Shown here piece after piece: positions 38,996-49,720 of a stretch of DNA of 64,000 nt. The position numbers and the translations under genes were made by a program. Within the stretch, counting starts at the first letter, position 1, and each line of letters starts with the position of its first letter. The stretch comes from Oscillospiraceae bacterium (lineage in GTDB: Bacteria > Bacillota > Clostridia > Oscillospirales > Butyricicoccaceae), in NCBI GenBank assembly GCA_045636925.1, contig JAZTYK010000002.1, positions 61,170 to 125,169 of the forward strand, given 5' to 3'. The notes under the pieces are model-generated. The model had not been told where the DNA came from, did no database searches, and saw nothing but the letters and a program-made list of their open reading frames with translations.

Positions 38996-40372
38996 TTAAT
39001 CAAGCCAGGCAAACTTAGAAAACATACTTACGATACGAAGTATAGTTTCCTTTGTTTTTCTGTTAAAGGTACACTCTCCAATACGTTTTTCGTGTGTAGC
39101 ACCATCGTAAGCTTCTATAAATATTGCTCGGTAAACCTCTTCAAGTTTTCCTTGGATACTTACAACTGCGGAATGGGTCCCACATTCTTCATATGTTTCG
39201 TCCCTGTTCAAAAGCTTGCCAAATGGATTATAGTTTGCATCCATAAACTCAAGCAAAGGGGAGGAATCCTTTCCTTGGATGAACTTTTCATATCTGGCGA
39301 AGTCAACTACTTTCAATCCAATCATAATAGGTACGATATAAAGCAAACAGAACAGGATTGCATGTTCATTCCCAAAAAGGAAATCGTGTTTCTTCGTATT
39401 ATCATGCATAACATCGTGTGCCGCCATTCTTGCAAGACTGAGATATCTAGCGATTTCTCTAAGAGAGAAATCATATCTGCGTATTACTGAATTGCACATC
39501 ATATCGTACAGATAAGAGGTGGCGTTAAATCTGATACTACTATAAAACGATTCAAGATTTACTGGCGGCAACGACATTCGCAAATCAAAAAAGCGATCTA
39601 AGTACCTACAAGCATTGAACTTATCACCATAATATCGTTTAATTGTATGCTGTAATTCGCTTGTGTTAATTGAAAAAACAAATGTAATTCTATCATTGGA
39701 AAAATAGTGCTTAATCCGCTCCAATAAGCGAACTGCATAACTGGGGTTGCATCTATCAAGCTCGTCAATAAAAACTACAAGGCGATCCCCACGTTCTTGT
39801 AAAATGGAATCCAAAAACTCCTTAACTTCTGTTTCAACGTTTTTTGATTTTCTTAATTCGTCAAGTGGCTTCTTCCCCCGGAAATCGGAGATTAAATTGC
39901 TCCAATTTCGCCCTGTAAAAAGCTCTATAATATTCGCTGCGGTTTTAACAAAGGCTGCGTCATCTGGAACAGAGAAATCTGTGTCGACACTTTTTAAAAT
40001 TGCGTAAACTAAGGATAACACCGGATCATTGTCGCTATCATTTTCCCATGCATCATAGTAGACGGATACCTGCGGCGGATATTCCGGATCATTCCCCTTG
40101 TGGAGTCTTTTCCATTCAGAGATAATAGCTGCTTTATCGTCATCATTGAATGTCTTAATAAATTGATTGCTCGCATCTAAAAACATTTTGACTTGATTTA
40201 CAAAAAATGTTTTTCCACTTCCCCAACTACCATCAATCGCTATAGAGCAGCTACCCTCTACGGAATTCAATATATCTACAAAGTGAAAAATATCCGTGTT
40301 GCGCCCAATCGTATCGGTCAAAAAACTATCCATCAAATTTTCATAAGTGGGCTTCAGTTCGTACGATTTCAT
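38996..40372 (-). CDS. KAP-family P-loop NTPase, soluble variant
   Basis: Walker A IDGSWGSGKTFF, a YYDAWEND block, Walker B VVFIDELDRCNP. No TM hairpin lies between the Walker motifs. About one-third GC by eye. Confidence 0.85.
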   Translation of the reverse strand: MKSYELKPTYENLMDSFLTDTIGRNTDIFHFVDILNSVEGSCSIAIDGSWGSGKTFFVNQVKMFLDASNQFIKTFNDDDKAAIISEWKRLHKGNDPEYPPQVSVYYDAWENDSDNDPVLSLVYAILKSVDTDFSVPDDAAFVKTAANIIELFTGRNWSNLISDFRGKKPLDELRKSKNVETEVKEFLDSILQERGDRLVVFIDELDRCNPSYAVRLLERIKHYFSNDRITFVFSINTSELQHTIKRYYGDKFNACRYLDRFFDLRMSLPPVNLESFYSSIRFNATSYLYDMMCNSVIRRYDFSLREIARYLSLARMAAHDVMHDNTKKHDFLFGNEHAILFCLLYIVPIMIGLKVVDFARYEKFIQGKDSSPLLEFMDANYNPFGKLLNRDETYEECGTHSAVVSIQGKLEEVYRAIFIEAYDGATHEKRIGECTFNRKTKETILRIVSMFSKFAWLD

Positions 40373-40512
40373 TATAAATTCACCCTTTATTGTTTGATCC
40401 CCATATCATTACCAAAATGTTTAATTTTTTGCTAAACGCTAATGCCTATGCCGACCAGCATAACAGCCTTGTAGATAACTCGAGTATTTAAAAACGGCCC
40501 TTTTTAATTGCT

Positions 40513-42873
40513 TTAGGATTGAACTCGTTTGATTTCGTCTATAAACATTGTTGTAAGCTCAGATGTTCTGTTTTCAAAAAGTTCATTCCAACTGTCGTTT
40601 TCACTGGTTCTTAAATGGATGGCGGTTTCGATTTTGCAAAATTGCTCTTGCTTTATTCCGGTAATTATCACTTTTCTAACTTGGAAATATCCAGGATCTT
40701 TGCAACAGAAAGTTCCTACCGTTGTGAATAATGTTAGTATGAAAGTCAACGTTTTTTCGGAAACGAGCATCTTTTTCGATATATTAAATAACTCCAGAGC
40801 TCGTTCAATTATGTATTTTGCATTTTCACACTCTCTGTTTTTTAAGCAGAAAATCGCTAGCCAACCCAAAGAATTAGAAACTTTTCTAACGCCCAACTCA
40901 AAATTGTTTTCTATGCAATCGGTACCTATGTTAAACAAGGCTTTGTATGCAAATCGCTTGTTCTCGCTATAATTTGTTATAAAAGAAATTTGTCCACTCT
41001 CCTCTAACAAACTAAAGAAGAAATCAATGATTTTAGAAACCATTTTTTGACCAAACATAGTATCAGTGTCTATTGCTTTATGAAGCCCACTGAGAATGTA
41101 CTTTGCCATCGCTTTAGAAACACTGCGATTTTGATCCATTCGTTCTACAGTCTCTCGCAAAGCAGAAAAGGTAATTTCTTGAAATTGTTCATTAATTGCA
41201 GAACTACTCCGTCGCATTAACCAGAAATATATATTAAACAAGTTCTCTTGTAAATCTTTTTGTCGCTGTTCGGTTTCCGCAAACACATCAACAAGTTTGT
41301 CTAGTATTATGTAAAAAGCGGCTACATTGTCGTGCAAGATACAGGTGTTTAAAAGTTTTTTCGCAAGATTAATTCGACTGTTCATTTTTTCTTTTGATGC
41401 ATATTGACACTCGATGATAATCTTTTTAAAATCGGGCAAAAGTAGAGTTCCTACATATTCACCTTTTAATTTTATGATTTTTTGAATTACATCGATATGG
41501 ATTTTTAGAAGTTTTTCTTTGCTATCAATATCTTCGGTACAATTATATAATTGATCAATGGACATCAATTCAAACTCGATGAATGAGGGATCATTTGAAC
41601 TGACAGTAGACGAACTATATAATCTTTCAAAATAGACAAGAGCCATTCTTGGGTCTTTCTCTACAATTTTATGGAATAAGATTGTATAATAAACTTTTAA
41701 ATTCTCGAATGCACTTTTGTGCCTTAAAACGATACGAGAGAAGTTTTCAATCTTATCTAACATGATGTCGAAAGAGTGCCGATTCTCTTTTTCCAATGAT
41801 TCTACAATTACTGATGTTAAGTATTTGAAGTAGCCTTTTGTGTTGGAATTTTTATTAGAAAAAACCAAAGAAGAAATTAATGACTCTACAGATTCGATAA
41901 GAGATTCAATGTATTCTTCTCTATCATAATGATCTAGTAAATCTATATAAGTTTTGGCAAAAACCGTATAAAACAAATCTATAAGAACATCATTGCCATC
42001 TGTTTGCATCATATAAACATATCGACAATATTCTCGTAAATATATTTTATAATGCTCATATAATTTATTGTTGATACAGTATTTTAAATTGCGGTATTGT
42101 TGTCCAATAATTGTATTAACGACGGCCTCGGATTTTATATGCGAGCAACATTTCAGTTCATATAAATTAAGGTCAACAATTCTTTCAAAGGCTGAATCAA
42201 GGTCTCTTTGCTGTTCATCACTTGCTATCTTAACTACATTTTCTAAAAAACTTTTAAAAATTTTCGAGGTCCGTCTTACAATGATCGAAACAGTTCGATA
42301 TTCATCTTTTACTATGCATTCGTCCAAAATATTTTCAAATTTTCTCAAGGCATCATCCGAAATCGAGTTGTTAGCCTTTTCCAAGTCACTGCATATTTTA
42401 TTACAATAATCTGTCACATGTGTCTCGGTCATCAATGATTTGTTTGAAGTGTAGACATAATATAGGACTTGAATTATTGTGGATACACAGACCATACAAA
42501 ACCATATGCTGGTAAGTGTGCCCTCAAACAACAAGGCATACACACCTAATAGCAATGCATATGTCACTGTTGAAAAGGTAGATTTAATTCTTTTTGAGTA
42601 GGTATCTTTAATAATCTCTATTGGGTATTTATCTTTATATAGTTGTATAAACAATAGGTAGCAAGTGACCCAGATTCCCGATATTGTAACTATTGCGGAA
42701 TACAGTATTGGGATTATTGCGTTTAATGTGGGAATATGAGCGGATAATTGACTATCCCCAATAATACACGCGATAAATGTACTAATATAGCTACCATAAA
42801 CTGCAATTCTTTGTTTTGGGTTTGTTTTAGGGTGCGAGTTATTCTTTTTTAATATAGTCTGCTTCATTCTCAT
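40513..42873 (-). CDS. Hypothetical 786-aa protein with 4-5 N-terminal TM helices and a ~600-aa all-helical domain
   Basis: Long uninterrupted ORF in a very AT-rich segment. Hydrophobic helices lie within residues ~25-140. No catalytic motif recognised. Confidence 0.7.
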   Translation of the reverse strand: MRMKQTILKKNNSHPKTNPKQRIAVYGSYISTFIACIIGDSQLSAHIPTLNAIIPILYSAIVTISGIWVTCYLLFIQLYKDKYPIEIIKDTYSKRIKSTFSTVTYALLLGVYALLFEGTLTSIWFCMVCVSTIIQVLYYVYTSNKSLMTETHVTDYCNKICSDLEKANNSISDDALRKFENILDECIVKDEYRTVSIIVRRTSKIFKSFLENVVKIASDEQQRDLDSAFERIVDLNLYELKCCSHIKSEAVVNTIIGQQYRNLKYCINNKLYEHYKIYLREYCRYVYMMQTDGNDVLIDLFYTVFAKTYIDLLDHYDREEYIESLIESVESLISSLVFSNKNSNTKGYFKYLTSVIVESLEKENRHSFDIMLDKIENFSRIVLRHKSAFENLKVYYTILFHKIVEKDPRMALVYFERLYSSSTVSSNDPSFIEFELMSIDQLYNCTEDIDSKEKLLKIHIDVIQKIIKLKGEYVGTLLLPDFKKIIIECQYASKEKMNSRINLAKKLLNTCILHDNVAAFYIILDKLVDVFAETEQRQKDLQENLFNIYFWLMRRSSSAINEQFQEITFSALRETVERMDQNRSVSKAMAKYILSGLHKAIDTDTMFGQKMVSKIIDFFFSLLEESGQISFITNYSENKRFAYKALFNIGTDCIENNFELGVRKVSNSLGWLAIFCLKNRECENAKYIIERALELFNISKKMLVSEKTLTFILTLFTTVGTFCCKDPGYFQVRKVIITGIKQEQFCKIETAIHLRTSENDSWNELFENRTSELTTMFIDEIKRVQS

Positions 42874-42935
42874 TCCCCAGTTTCTTTCTAAGTGTTAGCC
42901 CTTTTACTTGCGTCGCTATATAATTATTACATGTA

Positions 42936-43610
42936 TTATTCCTTGCCATCCACCAGCGCGCCGTCCTTCAGGTGCAGCACCTCATCTGCCATCTCAGCAA
43001 TGGACAAGTCATGGGTCACCGTAATGACGCAATAGCCCTGCTCGTGGGCCAGCTTGCGCAGCAGTTCTACTACTACCAGCGTGTTTTCACTGTCCAGATT
43101 GCCAGTTGGCTCGTCGGCAAGGATCACCCGAGCATCGGAAGCCAGCGCTCTGGCGATGGCCACACGCTGCTGCTCACCGCCGGAGAGCATGGCAGGCAGG
43201 CGCTTGTAATATTCCTCGCCCAGGCCAACCATCTGCAGCTTCTCCTGAGACACTTCCTTGGCAGTGGCGGCATCTACTTTCCGCAGCAGCTGCGGATAGC
43301 TGACATTCTCCTCCACACTCAGCAAAGGAAACAGATTATAGCTCTGGCAGATCAGCGAGATCTTCCGCAGGCGATACTCGTCACGGCTCAGCTCGCCGGT
43401 GGTCTGGCCGTCGTATTCCACGGTGCCTTCGGTGGGCACATCCAAGCCCGCCAGCATGGAGAGGAAGGTAGTCTTGCCGCAGCCGGACTTGCCTACGATG
43501 GCGTAGAACTTGCCCTCCTCAAACTCGTAGCTGATGCCTCTTACGGCATGGACGGTCTGATACTTGCTCTGATACTTATAATGCACATCGTTCGTCTTCA
43601 AAATAGCCAT
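42936..43610 (-). CDS. ABC transporter ATP-binding protein (MacB/FtsE-like)
   Basis: GKSGCGKTT Walker [16 protein letters not shown] signature, [11 protein letters not shown] Walker B. Confidence 0.92.
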   Translation of the reverse strand: MAILKTNDVHYKYQSKYQTVHAVRGISYEFEEGKFYAIVGKSGCGKTTFLSMLAGLDVPTEGTVEYDGQTTGELSRDEYRLRKISLICQSYNLFPLLSVEENVSYPQLLRKVDAATAKEVSQEKLQMVGLGEEYYKRLPAMLSGGEQQRVAIARALASDARVILADEPTGNLDSENTLVVVELLRKLAHEQGYCVITVTHDLSIAEMADEVLHLKDGALVDGKE

Positions 43611-43615
43611 AACCC

Positions 43616-44839
43616 TTACTCCTTATCTCGCAAAATTTCCATTACATTGACTCTTACCATCAGCATCACCGCCAGTGCTGAGCCGATGCTGTAGCACAGC
43701 AGCACACCGCCGCAGGTGAGGGCAGAAAACTCGCCCAAGCCGCTGACCAACACCGCCGTGACACCCAACATAATACCAATCACGCACAGCATCGCCTGCT
43801 CCAGCAGAGCTTTTCCCGTGATCTGCATCCCGGTTTCGCCCAGCAGCCGCATAACGGCGAACTCCTGCTTTCTGCGGCGAACCAACAGGAAGCATAGAAC
43901 AAAGCCAATAGCCGCCACCGCGGCAAAAAACACCGGATACAAGCCTTCCAGCATCTTTAGGTTGCTCTGAATGGGATCAATGGTGCCGCGGAAAATCTCG
44001 TCATCCAGCCGGATATTCAGTTGGCCTTTATCCTTCAGGGTCTTGATAAAGTCGCCGAAGGCAAATGTTTTCCGGCTGTCCGCAAGATCAAACTTCATCG
44101 ATGTCAGGCAGAACGGAATGACCGATTCCTCCGCTTCATACGCCGCTTCCATCACAGACAGCGGCAGAAACAGACTGCTTTCCGAGCTCAACGGCGCTAA
44201 GCCCACTACCTTCAGCCGCAAGGGCGCGTAACCCGACGGAATTGCAAAGGCAATACAGACGGTATCCCCCAAGGCATAGCCGTAGTTTTCCGGCAGGATG
44301 GCCACGGCTTCACTGCCGGACAGACAGCTTTCGTCATACCCTTCCAGCCATTGGCTATCTCCACGCACCTGCAGCAGTGGGTTGTAAACAGCCAGCTCCG
44401 TCATTCCCTTTGCAGTGCCCAAGGGATCATCGCGCTTGATGGCGTTGTCCTTTTTCTTTTGGGTATAAACCGTGCTGATTTCCTCGGCCAGTTCCTCAGA
44501 CCCCGGTGCGAATCCGGGAAACAGGCTGTAGATCTGATATTTCTTGGGGAAAACGATGCCGTAATCCGTTCCGGCGGCATAGGCACCCAGATATCCCGAA
44601 TCCAGCAAATCACGAAACAGCTGCTTGCGAATGACAGGCGTGCTGTGCCCGTCCGTATGTAAGATTTCACCGGTGACGGTAATGGAATCATAGGCGTGCT
44701 CCAGCTGCACGCGGGTGCGATCCATCAGCCGAGGGTAGCTTAGCAGAAATCCGGTGACCGCGGCGGCAAAGACCACTACCAGCAGCACCGAGATCCTGCG
44801 GCGCAGAGCCATACGCAGATACATCAAAACAGAACGCAT
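43616..44839 (-). CDS. FtsX-family ABC permease (407 aa)
   Basis: The start MRSVLMYLRMALRRR follows AAGGAG. TM1, an extracytoplasmic domain, then 3 C-terminal TM helices. Confidence 0.8.
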   Translation of the reverse strand: MRSVLMYLRMALRRRISVLLVVVFAAAVTGFLLSYPRLMDRTRVQLEHAYDSITVTGEILHTDGHSTPVIRKQLFRDLLDSGYLGAYAAGTDYGIVFPKKYQIYSLFPGFAPGSEELAEEISTVYTQKKKDNAIKRDDPLGTAKGMTELAVYNPLLQVRGDSQWLEGYDESCLSGSEAVAILPENYGYALGDTVCIAFAIPSGYAPLRLKVVGLAPLSSESSLFLPLSVMEAAYEAEESVIPFCLTSMKFDLADSRKTFAFGDFIKTLKDKGQLNIRLDDEIFRGTIDPIQSNLKMLEGLYPVFFAAVAAIGFVLCFLLVRRRKQEFAVMRLLGETGMQITGKALLEQAMLCVIGIMLGVTAVLVSGLGEFSALTCGGVLLCYSIGSALAVMLMVRVNVMEILRDKE

Positions 44840-44964
44840 CGTATCCACTCCTTTCGTTTCTAAAACAGCAAACATAAAATGGGAGAAAGTACCAGTCTCC
44901 TCCCATTTTATGTTTGCTTACATGTTTTAACTTCGACAAGAAATTTTTTAATAACGAAATATTA

Positions 44965-46959
44965 TCAGTTCTTGTCCTCTGGAAGGAGGGCACGGGGTTC
45001 TTTGCCTATGTACATACCAGTGAAAATTGCAGTGAGCAGCAGGAACAGCGCCATGCAGGCGATGCCGGTCAGAGCGGTGAGCAACGGGCTTGCGCCGGTG
45101 GAAAGGGCCACCTTTGCGCTTTCTGCCGTGTCGCCCAGAATGCTTGCGCCCACGCTTTGGGTCAGCGCGCCGCCGAGGATTGTACCAAGCGCACCGCCTG
45201 CCAGCACCACAACTGCGGCGCAGGTGAGGATGGCGATAAAAGCCTGCTTTTTGCTGCCGCCCAGCATCCGCAGGATGCCTGCGCTGTGCTTGTGCTGCTG
45301 TGCAAAGAGGAATGCCATCAGCACCATGGTAACTGCCAACAACGCCGCCGACAGGCCCAGCAGCAGCTTGGCATTTTTGTTCATTTCTATCAACCCGGGT
45401 TGGATCTTATCATAACCCTGATCGAAGTAGCTGAGCTTCAGTTCATATTCACCGGACTTTTGCTCCGTCAACCCCATTTCTTCCGCAGCGGCCTTGAACT
45501 CGTTAATGCTGCCGTTTTTCAGTTCGATAGTGATCAAGCTGGGCTGAATGGGCCCTTCCGGCGCATTGGGTGCCGCTTTGGCGGGGATGTAGATGGCGTT
45601 CCACGGGGCAAAAAATACTTGCGGCGCAGTACTCCCAAAATCGGTAAACTCCTGTTGGCCAAAGATACCCACGATCTCATAGGTATCTTCTTCAAAAAAA
45701 CCGCCGCATTCGTTCAAAAAAACGGGTGAAGACATATAGTTTTGTTGCATGGTAGCATTATGGATCACGGAAGTTTTGTCATAAAAGGCATCGTAGATAT
45801 ACAGGTGCATATCCAGTGTGTCCCCCACCTGCCAGCCCTGATACTCTGCCATTTGCGCGCTGACCATACAGACCTTGGCACCGGAAGCATATTCTGCTTT
45901 TGTGATCATTCTGCCCTCGTGGAGATACATCGCCCCTTGATACCACGCAGGGATCAGAGAAATGTCATCCGTCAGGGTTGCAATAAAGGAATGGGCGCTG
46001 TATTCAATGCCCTGACTGCACTCCTTCCAGACAGGGTCATCCTTTACGTCTTCATATCGCTGTAACGCAAAGGGCATTTTTTGCAAAAGGGTTGAACTGT
46101 TGGATACATTCGAATTGTGGATTCCGCTTTTGCTGTAGTATAAAAAATCGTCGGTGTAATAGTCAAATGGATATATATCCAGCTGAATGCCGCTGCCGGA
46201 GCCGGCATAATCACCGGTCCAGACATATACACCTGTTTCCTCATCTCTCTGCCAGTAGCTACCGCCCTTGACCGACATCACGTATTCCACACCGGGATGC
46301 AGAATGATCCGGTCACTGACTTCGCTGCGGTTCAAGCGGCGAATGTCCTCCGTATACTTTTTTGCTTCTTCCATTACCACCGGTTCAATGCGCAGCGTAA
46401 AGGTTTTCGGATATTGCAGATTTGGATTGGAGGTATCTAACACGCGAATGGGAAACTGCATCCACTGCCACTTTTCTGCCTGCAGAGATATTTCCGTTGG
46501 CTCTTCTGCGTCCAACATAAACCGTATAATATTATTGGTGGAAAATGGAGTCACAGACTCCACCAGATAAGCGGGAGGAACCGTGTTGTCCTGCAAAATC
46601 GCTATCTGCCCCGGAATATAGGCCCCCACCCGGGTACGGAGATCGATGCGTTCTACGGAATCCAAAGCAAGAAGCGGCGACAGGTCATACTCCTCTACAG
46701 AAAGCCAATGGCGCCCTACGCAAGCTTTATCGCCGGGATGCACCAGCTCACCCATTTTATTCACATCCCCGTAGATCTCCATCGTTGCAATAGAGGTATA
46801 GGCATTCTCTACGGTTTGCAAGTTCTTCACGCTGTTCTGATACAGGTTTAGGCTCAGCACAAAGAATGCGGTGGTGGCGCACAGCAAAATTAAATTCAGT
46901 GCCAGACGCGCTTTGCTCCGGCTAATCTGCTTGAGAAATATTTGAATATGTGGCTGCAT
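44965..46959 (-). CDS. FtsX/MacB-type permease with a ~480-aa extracytoplasmic domain (paralog 1)
   Basis: 664 aa, with TM1 at the N-terminus and 3 TM helices at the C-terminus. Paralogous to 47620..49650. Confidence 0.8.
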   Translation of the reverse strand: MQPHIQIFLKQISRSKARLALNLILLCATTAFFVLSLNLYQNSVKNLQTVENAYTSIATMEIYGDVNKMGELVHPGDKACVGRHWLSVEEYDLSPLLALDSVERIDLRTRVGAYIPGQIAILQDNTVPPAYLVESVTPFSTNNIIRFMLDAEEPTEISLQAEKWQWMQFPIRVLDTSNPNLQYPKTFTLRIEPVVMEEAKKYTEDIRRLNRSEVSDRIILHPGVEYVMSVKGGSYWQRDEETGVYVWTGDYAGSGSGIQLDIYPFDYYTDDFLYYSKSGIHNSNVSNSSTLLQKMPFALQRYEDVKDDPVWKECSQGIEYSAHSFIATLTDDISLIPAWYQGAMYLHEGRMITKAEYASGAKVCMVSAQMAEYQGWQVGDTLDMHLYIYDAFYDKTSVIHNATMQQNYMSSPVFLNECGGFFEEDTYEIVGIFGQQEFTDFGSTAPQVFFAPWNAIYIPAKAAPNAPEGPIQPSLITIELKNGSINEFKAAAEEMGLTEQKSGEYELKLSYFDQGYDKIQPGLIEMNKNAKLLLGLSAALLAVTMVLMAFLFAQQHKHSAGILRMLGGSKKQAFIAILTCAAVVVLAGGALGTILGGALTQSVGASILGDTAESAKVALSTGASPLLTALTGIACMALFLLLTAIFTGMYIGKEPRALLPEDKN

Positions 46960-47032
46960 AGGGACACCTCACTTTTGCAGAAAGAAGAATCTCCGCAGGC
47001 CCTAAAGGGCCTGCGGACATGGAACATTCGCA

Positions 47033-47341
47033 TCAACTCAAGCAAACAAAGCGGCTCACATAATCAAAAGAAATTGCGTATGCATTACATACGATGCACT
47101 CATAATAAACACCGCAGTACCATTCTTCCGCATCGTGATCTCGATGCTCGGGACATTCAATAACGCGGTTAAACATTTCTTGATACCCTATGCATACAAA
47201 ATCCCGCTGGGCTTCGCAGTAAAAGCAATATGCATCAAATGCAATCTCCCCATCTGCCGCAAATGCCATCACACCCATAGTGGAGCAGATCATGATGAGA
47301 GCCAGTACCAGGCTCAGGGCGCGTTTTGCTTTCTTTAACAT
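47033..47341 (-). CDS. Small Cys-rich protein with N-terminal signal peptide/anchor (paralog B, 102 aa)
   Basis: The start MLKKAKRALSLVLALIMICSTMGVMAFAA follows GAGGAG. CxxC...CP.H...CxxC...C pattern. Lies directly upstream of permease paralog 1. Confidence 0.7.
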   Translation of the reverse strand: MLKKAKRALSLVLALIMICSTMGVMAFAADGEIAFDAYCFYCEAQRDFVCIGYQEMFNRVIECPEHRDHDAEEWYCGVYYECIVCNAYAISFDYVSRFVCLS

Positions 47342-47479
47342 AATAATACTCCTCGCTTTCTTTTTTGTCCAGCAAATTGTGTTCATCCATTTCCTGACCC
47401 ATTGGCCTCACCTTCTTTCCAAATAACGAATACTCCATCTGTTTCAGTGTAACAAGGTTTAATTACCCTTCTATAAATA

Positions 47480-47508
47480 ATATGTATAGCAAGCAGCAAA
47501 TTGTTTCA
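47480..47508 (-). promoter_or_regulatory. ECF-like promoter motif TGAAACAA-N14-TACATAT upstream of small protein B
   Basis: Minus strand TGAAACAA (47501..47508) and TACATAT (47480..47486). The same motif and spacing occur at 50184..50212. Confidence 0.55.
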
Positions 47509-47619
47509 TAAAAAATCAAAGTTTTTGCATATTTTCGAAATTCACAGACACTGTATCGCACTTCCGTATGCGACGCCAATTTCGATGTCAACGGGGACGA
47601 TATGTGCCATCAACACTAT

Positions 47620-49650
47620 CTATCCCTTATCCTGAGGCAACAGTTCGCGAGGTTCTTTGCCGATGTAGGTGGCCGTAAAGATGGCGGTAAGTAGCAGAAA
47701 CAGCGCCATGCAGCCCACGCCGGACACTGCTGTCAGCACCGGGCTTGCACCGGTGGAGAGGGCCACCTTGGCAGAAGCTGCCGCATCACCCAGGGCGCTT
47801 GCGCCCACGGTTTGGGTCAGCGCGCCGCCGAGGATTGTACCAAGCGCACCGCCTGCCAGCACCACAACTGCGGCGCAGGTGAGGATGGCGGTGAAAGTTT
47901 GAGCTTTGCTGCCGCCCAGCATCCGCAGGATGCCTGCGCTGTGCTTATGCTGCTGTGCGAAGAGGAAGCTCATCAAAATCATCGTCACCAGCAGCAGTAT
48001 CAAGGACAAGGCAAGCAACAGAACTGCGTTGCGATTCATTTCCACCAAGCTGCCTTTGATCTTGTCATAGCCCTGATCGAAATAGCTGAACTTCAGCTCA
48101 TACTCTCCCGGCTTTTGCTCGGTCAGACCCATTTCCTCTACGACAGCCTTGAAGTCGTCAACGGTGCCATTTTTCAGATGGAAGGTCAGCAGGCTCGCCT
48201 GAATGGCTCGGTCTTCCAATGCCGGTGCGTGGGGCGCGGAGTTTTCGGGGATGCAGATCACATTCCAGGGCTGTGCAAACACTTCGGGCGCAGCTTCGGA
48301 GTCCACTTCGCCTTCGTTCTGTCCGTAAATGCCTACGATCTCGAACTGCCCTTCGTCGAAAAAGTCCTCCATATACATAGATGCCCACATTTCGCTGCAA
48401 GAGGTGGTTCCGGTATACTGTGGGAAATCTTCATGATACAGATGCATATCCAGCTTGTCGCCCAACTTCCAGCCGTGCCGTTCCGCAAGCCGCGTACTGA
48501 CCATACAGACCTTGGTGCCGGAATCATATTCTTCTTCTGTGATCATCCGGCCTTCCTGAAGAAACATATTCTTCACCTGCCAAGCCGGAAGCAGCCGAAT
48601 GTCCGAGGTCAGTGTCACAGCAAAACTGGAGGTGGAATAAGCTGTGGCCTGCCATAAGGCATCGAAATAGGCGGCAAGCTCCGGGTCGCTTTGTACATCC
48701 TCCCATCGCTGAATACAATAGGGGACATTCCCCTTAATGCCAGCGGAAGTATAATACTCACTGTCGCCTGAATAGTGCAATGCAGCGCCTTCGTACAGAC
48801 AAGGGTAATTATATACCATAAACCGTATAGAAACCACGCGACCTTCTATCGCATTAAGTCTCTGAACCGGAGAATATAAACCGGTATCCGGATCCTTTCG
48901 AAACCATGTATCAGTCTCGCTGGCACCGAACAACACATATTCCACATTAGGATACAGGATCAGTTTATCGGTCTCCTGCGACCGGTTCAGCCGCCGGATC
49001 TCTGCATCGTGGTCATTTTGCACCGCATGAATGACTGATGAAAATGTCAGACCGATGGGGTTTTTGTATTCTATCTGCGGATGGGTGGTCTCCAGCACCT
49101 CGATGTCTACCGCTTTCATATCATAACGATAATATTCGCCTGCTTTTGTCCGGCTGATCTCCACCGGTTCATCGCCGCTGAGACGAAAACGCAGCATGTG
49201 GATTCTCATCGTGGTGTTGACATCCGTTGGCTGCAGGCCGTTGAGCGCCAACTGCGTTTCGTTCATCATCTCGGAAGCATATACATCCAGACTTATCTGC
49301 CCGGGAATATAGGCGGCGCAGCGGTAGCGCAAGTCAACATTCTGTACCATGGGTAACTGCTGCAAGGGAGAAAGATCATAGCCGTATCGTGTCAGCAAAA
49401 AGCGTCCCACTCGGTCGGCGGCGCTGGAATGTACCAGATCACCTTCCTTATTCACATCCCCGTAAATCTCCATGGTGGCGATGGTGGTGTAGGCATTCTC
49501 TACAGCTTGCAGGTTTGCCCGGCTGTTGTGATACAGATTCAAACTGACTACAAAAAAGACTGTAACGGCGCAAAGCAATACAATATTGAGTGCAAAACGG
49601 CTTTTCTTTCGAACCGTTTGCTGAAGAAAAATTCGTATACTGATAGGCAT
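47620..49650 (-). CDS. FtsX/MacB-type permease with a giant extracytoplasmic domain (paralog 2)
   Basis: 676 aa with the same architecture as 44965..46959. The C-terminal ~110 aa are nearly identical between the two. Confidence 0.8.
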   Translation of the reverse strand: MPISIRIFLQQTVRKKSRFALNIVLLCAVTVFFVVSLNLYHNSRANLQAVENAYTTIATMEIYGDVNKEGDLVHSSAADRVGRFLLTRYGYDLSPLQQLPMVQNVDLRYRCAAYIPGQISLDVYASEMMNETQLALNGLQPTDVNTTMRIHMLRFRLSGDEPVEISRTKAGEYYRYDMKAVDIEVLETTHPQIEYKNPIGLTFSSVIHAVQNDHDAEIRRLNRSQETDKLILYPNVEYVLFGASETDTWFRKDPDTGLYSPVQRLNAIEGRVVSIRFMVYNYPCLYEGAALHYSGDSEYYTSAGIKGNVPYCIQRWEDVQSDPELAAYFDALWQATAYSTSSFAVTLTSDIRLLPAWQVKNMFLQEGRMITEEEYDSGTKVCMVSTRLAERHGWKLGDKLDMHLYHEDFPQYTGTTSCSEMWASMYMEDFFDEGQFEIVGIYGQNEGEVDSEAAPEVFAQPWNVICIPENSAPHAPALEDRAIQASLLTFHLKNGTVDDFKAVVEEMGLTEQKPGEYELKFSYFDQGYDKIKGSLVEMNRNAVLLLALSLILLLVTMILMSFLFAQQHKHSAGILRMLGGSKAQTFTAILTCAAVVVLAGGALGTILGGALTQTVGASALGDAAASAKVALSTGASPVLTAVSGVGCMALFLLLTAIFTATYIGKEPRELLPQDKG

Positions 49651-49720
49651 ACTGACACATCCTTTTTACGGCGGAAATGCGGCAGGCGGATTATCCGCCT
49701 GCCACATCTTATTTAAATGG

